Source of the DNA: Marispirochaeta sp.
Lineage (GTDB): Bacteria; Spirochaetota; Spirochaetia; JC444; Marispirochaetaceae
Assembly (NCBI GenBank): GCA_963676835.2
Contig: CAXXFF010000002.1
Span: 64,001-128,000, forward strand
Reading direction: 5' to 3'
DNA length: 64,000 nucleotides
Shown: piece by piece, positions 58,818 to 64,000 of the stretch
Layout of the letters: the number at the start of each line of letters is the position of its first letter
Position numbering within the stretch: the first letter of the stretch is position 1
Notes under the pieces: generated by a model
Told to the model about the DNA's origin: nothing
Databases searched by the model: none
Seen by the model: the letters and a program-made list of their open reading frames with translations, nothing else
Translations under genes and position numbers: made by a program

Positions 58818-59183
58818 TCACCCTTCCCGGTTTACCCGGTCCGGGGAAAAGGCGGGCACACAGACAGAGACATACTCCGTCTCCTCATCGAAGGGATTGG
58901 AGTACTGAACGGTGGTTCCTGCATGAACCTTTATGGACTGCCCCCCGGTGAGAACAATGGATTCGCCGTTGATCATTATCTCTTTGCGTCCCCGTATTAC
59001 CAGGGTATATTCATCGAATTCCGGGGTCTGAGGCGGTTCGCTCCATCCGGGAGGTGCCACCATGCGGGCAATGCTCACAGAATCCTCACTGGTGGAAGCC
59101 ATACCGAAATGCTCCTCAATGAGCTTTCCGTCAGTGGTAGGTACGATAAACGGATCAACCTGCTTTACATATGCCTTTTTCAT
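58818..59183 (-). CDS. Cupin-domain protein
   Basis: IEEHFG, APPGWSEPPQTPEFDEYT and CVPAFSP motifs. Confidence 0.85.
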   Translation of the reverse strand: MKKAYVKQVDPFIVPTTDGKLIEEHFGMASTSEDSVSIARMVAPPGWSEPPQTPEFDEYTLVIRGRKEIMINGESIVLTGGQSIKVHAGTTVQYSNPFDEETEYVSVCVPAFSPDRVNREG

Positions 59184-59278
59184 ACTTCCTCCTCTCTGAA
59201 GTGGGGGAAAGCCCTTTGACTTAACCCGGAAAACACTGGTACTCTTGGCGCAGAATCATCTTTTTAAGGACCCTGTTC

Positions 59279-60502
59279 ATGGCCACCATTCGAAGCTTTA
59301 AGGCCCTTCGGCCGCAACCGGACCTGGCAAAAAAAATTGCCAGTGTTCCCTATGATGTAGTCAACACAGAAGAGGCCAGAGAACTGGCGAAGGGAAACGA
59401 ATTGAGTTTCCTCCACGTTGTACGCCCCGACATAGACCTTCCTGACACTATAGACCCCTACGATTCAGCTGTCTACGAGAAAGCAGCGGAGAACTTCAAC
59501 CGCCTCAAAGAGTCAGGGAGCCTGGTAGAGGAAGATTCTCCCTCGCTGTATATCTATCGCCTGACCATGGACGGACGCAGTCAGATCGGAATTGCCGGCT
59601 GCTGCATGGTTGATGAATATAATGACGATACAATAAAGAAACATGAGTTTACCCGTAAGGCCAAAGAGGACGACCGGGTCCGCCATATGCTGACCCTTAA
59701 TGCCCATGCAGGACCGGTGCTGCTCACCTATCGGAGAACCGAAGCTCTGGCGCAGCTGCTGGAAAAAGAGATCAAAGAGACTCCCCTCTTTGATTTCACC
59801 GCCGTTGACGGTGTTCAGCATACCATCTGGCGCTGCACCGACGCGGCAGCCATGGAAACAGCCTTCAAGGAAGTTCCGTCCCTCTACATTGCCGATGGAC
59901 ACCACCGTGCAGCAGGTGCGAGCCGGGTAAAGGCTCACATGGTGGAAAAGAACGGCTCTGCCTCAGGCGATGAGGAGTTCACCAGCTTTCTTACGGTAGT
60001 ATTCCCCTCGGACCAGCTCTCTATTTTTGCCTATAATAAATATATCGCCGACACCAACGGCCTGAGCACTGAAGATCTTCTCAAATCCCTGGAACCGGAA
60101 TTTGAGATTGCAGAAACCACACAGAAAGATCCGGCGTCCAAGGGGAGCTTCAACATGTACCTTGCAGGCCAGTGGTACTCCCTGAAGATAAAAAACCCTG
60201 CCATAGATCCAAATGATCCGGTTACAACTCTTGACCTGGTGCAGTTCCAGATCAAGCTTCTTGAGCCGGTGCTCAATATTATGGATCAGCGCAAATCAGA
60301 CAGGATTGATTTTGAAGGCGGCATTGGTTCCAGTAAAAAACTGCAGGCCCGGGTCGACAGTAAAGGCGGGATTGCCTTCACTTTTTATCCCGTAAGCGTG
60401 GAAGAGCTTATGCAGGTTTCGGACGCGGGAATGGTTATGCCTCCCAAGTCAACCTGGTTTGCCCCTAAGCTCCGGTCCGGACTGCTTGTCCACCAGTTTT
60501 AG
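59279..60502 (+). CDS. DUF1015-family protein
   Basis: ASVPYDVV, IKKHEFTR, YIADGHHR and MPPKSTWFAPKLRSGL motifs. Confidence 0.93.
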   Translation: MATIRSFKALRPQPDLAKKIASVPYDVVNTEEARELAKGNELSFLHVVRPDIDLPDTIDPYDSAVYEKAAENFNRLKESGSLVEEDSPSLYIYRLTMDGRSQIGIAGCCMVDEYNDDTIKKHEFTRKAKEDDRVRHMLTLNAHAGPVLLTYRRTEALAQLLEKEIKETPLFDFTAVDGVQHTIWRCTDAAAMETAFKEVPSLYIADGHHRAAGASRVKAHMVEKNGSASGDEEFTSFLTVVFPSDQLSIFAYNKYIADTNGLSTEDLLKSLEPEFEIAETTQKDPASKGSFNMYLAGQWYSLKIKNPAIDPNDPVTTLDLVQFQIKLLEPVLNIMDQRKSDRIDFEGGIGSSKKLQARVDSKGGIAFTFYPVSVEELMQVSDAGMVMPPKSTWFAPKLRSGLLVHQF

Positions 60503-60528
60503 ATTTACCCGATTACAGGAGGAAGATA

Positions 60529-61611
60529 ATGAGAAAATTCAACTTTTATGCAGGTCCGTCAACTCTTCCCCTTGAGGTTCTGGAAGAACTGAAAGAGGAA
60601 ATCGCCGATTATCACGGAGAAGGGCTCTCCATGATAGAAACCAGCCACCGCAGCCCCATGTACGATTCGGTACACTCGGAAACTGTGGAGATGTTCCACA
60701 AGCTTTTGGGCATTCCATCAAACTATAAGGTTCTTTTTATCGGCGGCGGCGCTTCCATGCAGTTCGGCATGATTCCCATGAACCTGATGAAACCGGGAAA
60801 AACCGCGGAATATGTAAACTCCGGCGCCTGGGCTGGTAAAGCTGTTAAGGATGCACAAAAGGTAGGCGATGTACGGGTAGTCTGGGACGGAAAAGATTCC
60901 AGCTACATGACACTGCCTGAAGCTTCTTCCATAAAACCCGGCAGTGATGCTGCCTATCTGCACATTACCAGCAACGAGACCATCGGCGGCGTTCAGTGGA
61001 AAGCTTTCCCCAAAACCGGCGATGTCCCCCTGGTTGCGGATATGTCCTCAGATATTTTAAGCAGACCGGTTCCCGTAGAGGATTTCGGCCTGATCTATGC
61101 CGGTGCCCAGAAAAACATCGGCCCCGCCGGAGTTACGGTGGTTATCATCCGTGAGGATATTGCAGCGGCATCTCCGGAGAAGCTTCCGGCATATCTCCGC
61201 TACAAAACCCATGCGGACAAAAACTCTCTCTACAATACACCCCCGGTATTCTCCATCTATGCGGTACACAAGGTACTGAAGTGGCTGGAATCCAAAGGCG
61301 GTGTTGAAGGCATCGAAAAAATCAACAAGGACAAAGCTGCTGCCATCTACAACAGCATCAATGCCTTTCCCGAGTTCTTCTCCTGCCCGGTAGATGAAAA
61401 CTATCGCTCCCACATGAATGTGGTATTCCGGCTGCCTTCGGAAGATCTTGAGAAACAGTTTGTTTCCGAAGCAAAAGGCGAAGGTATGCTGGGACTGAAG
61501 GGACACCGGGATGTTGGTGGCTGTCGTGCCTCTATTTACAACGCCCTGCCTCTTGAGGGAGCGAAGGCCCTTGCGTCGTTTATGAAGAACTTTGCTAAAA
61601 AGAACGGATAA
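60529..61611 (+). CDS. serC: Phosphoserine aminotransferase
   Basis: NFYAGPS, ADMSSD, YAGAQKNIGPAG, YNTPP and GHRDVGGCRASIYNA motifs. Confidence 0.97.
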   Translation: MRKFNFYAGPSTLPLEVLEELKEEIADYHGEGLSMIETSHRSPMYDSVHSETVEMFHKLLGIPSNYKVLFIGGGASMQFGMIPMNLMKPGKTAEYVNSGAWAGKAVKDAQKVGDVRVVWDGKDSSYMTLPEASSIKPGSDAAYLHITSNETIGGVQWKAFPKTGDVPLVADMSSDILSRPVPVEDFGLIYAGAQKNIGPAGVTVVIIREDIAAASPEKLPAYLRYKTHADKNSLYNTPPVFSIYAVHKVLKWLESKGGVEGIEKINKDKAAAIYNSINAFPEFFSCPVDENYRSHMNVVFRLPSEDLEKQFVSEAKGEGMLGLKGHRDVGGCRASIYNALPLEGAKALASFMKNFAKKNG

Positions 61612-61643
61612 ACAAGGGACGTATTCAGTTACATTTTAAACAC

Positions 61644-61673
61644 AAGCCTCCCGGTTCAGCGGGAGGTTTTTTT
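61644..61673 (+). terminator. Rho-independent terminator after serC
   Basis: CCTCCCG-gttcag-CGGGAGG-TTTTTTT. Confidence 0.85.
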
Positions 61674-62196
61674 ATGGCAAACTGTACCGCAAACCTGCAA
61701 CAGGCATTATCCGCGGCCCTTTCCAGCCTGAATCCCGCTGCCATTCCCACCAGGGTCCGGCACCGGTGATCAGGCTGTACTGGCCTGTTTTCCCACGATA
61801 ACCCCAAACCAGGACAGCACCGGGGATTATTCCATGGAAGGGATCATCAATAATCGGATCCCAATCCACATATTCTCCCTCAAAGTAGTTGAAGTAGCCC
61901 AGCAGAATACCGACTTCACCATCCAGCTGGAACCTCCGTTCAGCAGCCCTGAAGTGGTAGTATCCTGTCCCACTGTAGGTCATTGTAGCGATACCAAATG
62001 GGCTTGCTCCGAAACTGATCCGTCCTCCCAGAGTCTCATTAAAAGGCAGCGAGAGCCCTGCACGGATGCTGAGGATCTGATCAAAATCCAGCGAAAACCG
62101 TAAGGAGGTGTTGGTATTATCCCCAAAGGTATAGACAGAAACAGCGAAAAACAGAATGAGAACAAAAAACCGTAATAATGGTTTTACCGGTCCCAT
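61672..62196 (-). CDS. Hypothetical exported protein, possible small beta-barrel
   Basis: Signal peptide; alternating aromatic/Gly strands; ends AGLRYSLP. Confidence 0.55.
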   Translation of the reverse strand: MGPVKPLLRFFVLILFFAVSVYTFGDNTNTSLRFSLDFDQILSIRAGLSLPFNETLGGRISFGASPFGIATMTYSGTGYYHFRAAERRFQLDGEVGILLGYFNYFEGEYVDWDPIIDDPFHGIIPGAVLVWGYRGKTGQYSLITGAGPWWEWQRDSGWKGPRIMPVAGLRYSLP

Positions 62197-62247
62197 ACTG
62201 TTAAATATACCCCGGTTTAGGGCAAAAAATGATTTGCAGCGAATTAT

Positions 62248-63681
62248 TCAGAAGGAAATTTTTTCAGTATCCCTGCGCAGAACACGGGCAAGGAAAAACG
62301 GAAGCAGGGTCAGAATAAACAGGACAATAAATGCCAGTCTGAAACCTCCTGCTATCTCCAGCATATCCTGCCTATCCACCTGAGCCAATGCACCGTCATA
62401 TACTGCCGCCTTCAGCCGGGGAGAAAGAGTTATAGTAACCGCCATCAGTGAGAGTGCAGTACTTAATACAATACCGATATTAAGCAGCATGGAGCGGATC
62501 CCGTTGGCCATGCCCCGGGTCTCCTTCGGAACGGTGAGCATGATTGACTTTGTGTTCGGGGTCATCAGAAAACCGGTACCGAAGCCGACAAGAAACTGAC
62601 CTGCCACTATCATCAGATAGGATGGCTCAAGATTCATATTTAAAGTGAGTATTAGCATTCCCAAGGAGGTCAGTACAAGTCCGAAGTTTACCAGATGCAG
62701 CGTCCGGTAAAACCGACATAAAAATCCTGCCAGAGGTGAGGCCAGAAGCATACCCAGGGTAATAGGCAGAACCCGAAGGCTTACGGTAAAGGTATTTTCC
62801 TTTGCAATAACCTGATAGAAAAACGCCACCAGAAGCACAACCGAAGACCGGGCAAGGGAATTGAGAAAAACCGTGGATGTGGCGAAAAGAAACTGCGGGT
62901 CCCGAAACAGGCCCAGATCAACAGTCGGAGCTGAAACCCGCTTCTCCCAGACAAGAAAAAGAGCAAAAAAGACGGCAAATAGAATAAAACCAATCAGAAC
63001 CGACGGATCTGTCCAGCCTGCCGTTCCTGCCCTGGTCAAAGCAAAAAGAAGCCCCCCCAGACTGAGAAAAATGGCGATATTTCCAACATAATCTATTCTG
63101 TCTTCTGCAGCATGCCCGCGGGAAGGCTTGAGAACTATAAATCCGAGAAGAAAACTTATAATACACAGGGGCACATTAAACCAGAAAACCCAGCGCCACC
63201 CGAAATGATAGACAAAAAAACCGCCAACTACTGGCCCGAGAAGCAGCGATCCCGAACCGACAAGAACATTTATTCCCAGGGCTGTACCCAGATGTTTTTC
63301 CGGGAAAACATCCGTAATATACGGTGTGGTATTGGTAAGAATAAGGGCACCACCGACGGCCTGCACCACCCGGAGAGCAATAAGCAGCCAGACATGCTCT
63401 ACACATCCCAGGACAAGACTGGCCGCAGTAAAAACAATAATCCCCGCCAGGTACAGCTTGCGTCTGCCGCAGATATCCGCCATTTTCCCGAAGATAAGAA
63501 TGCAGATGGAATTTACCAGCATGTATGAAAGCAGGATCCACCCCGAAGCAAAGGGACTCGCATTAAAATGGTTTGTCAGTACCGGAAGAATGACATTCAG
63601 GCTGCCGATATTCAGATATACTGCAATAACAGTTATACTGGTTACCAGAAGCAGCAGCCAGGGATAGCGGGAATCTTGCAT
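62248..63681 (-). CDS. MFS transporter (DHA2, 14-TM); start uncertain
   Basis: GKMADICGRRK, RVVQAVGGA, GPVVGG and WRWVFWFNVP motifs. Confidence 0.92.
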   Translation of the reverse strand: MQDSRYPWLLLLVTSITVIAVYLNIGSLNVILPVLTNHFNASPFASGWILLSYMLVNSICILIFGKMADICGRRKLYLAGIIVFTAASLVLGCVEHVWLLIALRVVQAVGGALILTNTTPYITDVFPEKHLGTALGINVLVGSGSLLLGPVVGGFFVYHFGWRWVFWFNVPLCIISFLLGFIVLKPSRGHAAEDRIDYVGNIAIFLSLGGLLFALTRAGTAGWTDPSVLIGFILFAVFFALFLVWEKRVSAPTVDLGLFRDPQFLFATSTVFLNSLARSSVVLLVAFFYQVIAKENTFTVSLRVLPITLGMLLASPLAGFLCRFYRTLHLVNFGLVLTSLGMLILTLNMNLEPSYLMIVAGQFLVGFGTGFLMTPNTKSIMLTVPKETRGMANGIRSMLLNIGIVLSTALSLMAVTITLSPRLKAAVYDGALAQVDRQDMLEIAGGFRLAFIVLFILTLLPFFLARVLRRDTEKISF

Positions 63682-63848
63682 ATAACTCCGATGTACAAAC
63701 CTGAGATCAGGCGGGATATACAATCCTATACTTCATGGAGACATTAGTAAACATGTGCTCGTTTTTTATGTGTCTGCTTTGTTGAGTACTCAACATTATC
63801 TCCACATTACAGCTTGACGCGGACAACCCCCCGCCGTATGGTTAGGAT

Positions 63849-64000
63849 ATGAATATGCGCCACAGCACCCCTGAAAAACCGGGTACCGTCTATATAGATA
63901 CTCAAATAAAGTCTGATTATAAACTCAAGCCTTCCATCGCCTCGCTGCGCATACACTGGATCAATATCCGGGAAAACGACCTTTCGGGGTGCTCAGCCGG
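63849..64000 (+). CDS. Possible 5' end of a gene running off the window
   Basis: Open frame MNMRHSTPEKPG... to the window end; no motif recognised. Confidence 0.3.
   Translation, partial: MNMRHSTPEKPGTVYIDTQIKSDYKLKPSIASLRIHWINIRENDLSGCSA

Overview
64 kb of bacterial chromosome at roughly 50% GC by eye. The gene content and signal-peptide style (e.g. 'LFAEGKQEA') suggest a free-living anaerobic spirochaete; this is inference only. Most of the window is metabolism, transport and regulation: a Cache-AraC regulator divergent from a TRAP transporter and Zn-dehydrogenase, an ABC exporter, two-component proteins, fprA, feoA-feoA-feoB followed by an atypical DtxR, DUF1007 and an RcnA-like gene, a GH36-like enzyme, ogt, an acyl-CoA ligase, typA, MerR/GyrI, a Fec-type ABC importer with a frameshifted FmdE divergent from larC-larE-larB, selO and DUF1015-serC. 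No rRNA, tRNA or CRISPR array was recognised. Best candidate for an undescribed system (22.2-27.6 kb): a membrane protein built from two copies of [multi-TM sensor + OmpR-like winged helix with a 4-Cys insert], coupled to a stand-alone MASE-like membrane protein and divergent from two FG-GAP lipoproteins whose ends are near-identical at DNA level. Other notable items are a REP-associated tyrosine transposase with palindromes on both sides and inside its ORF, an integrase-less islet bounded by a duplicated larB 3' end, and a DtxR that lacks its primary metal ligands. All family calls come from motif recognition, not database searches.
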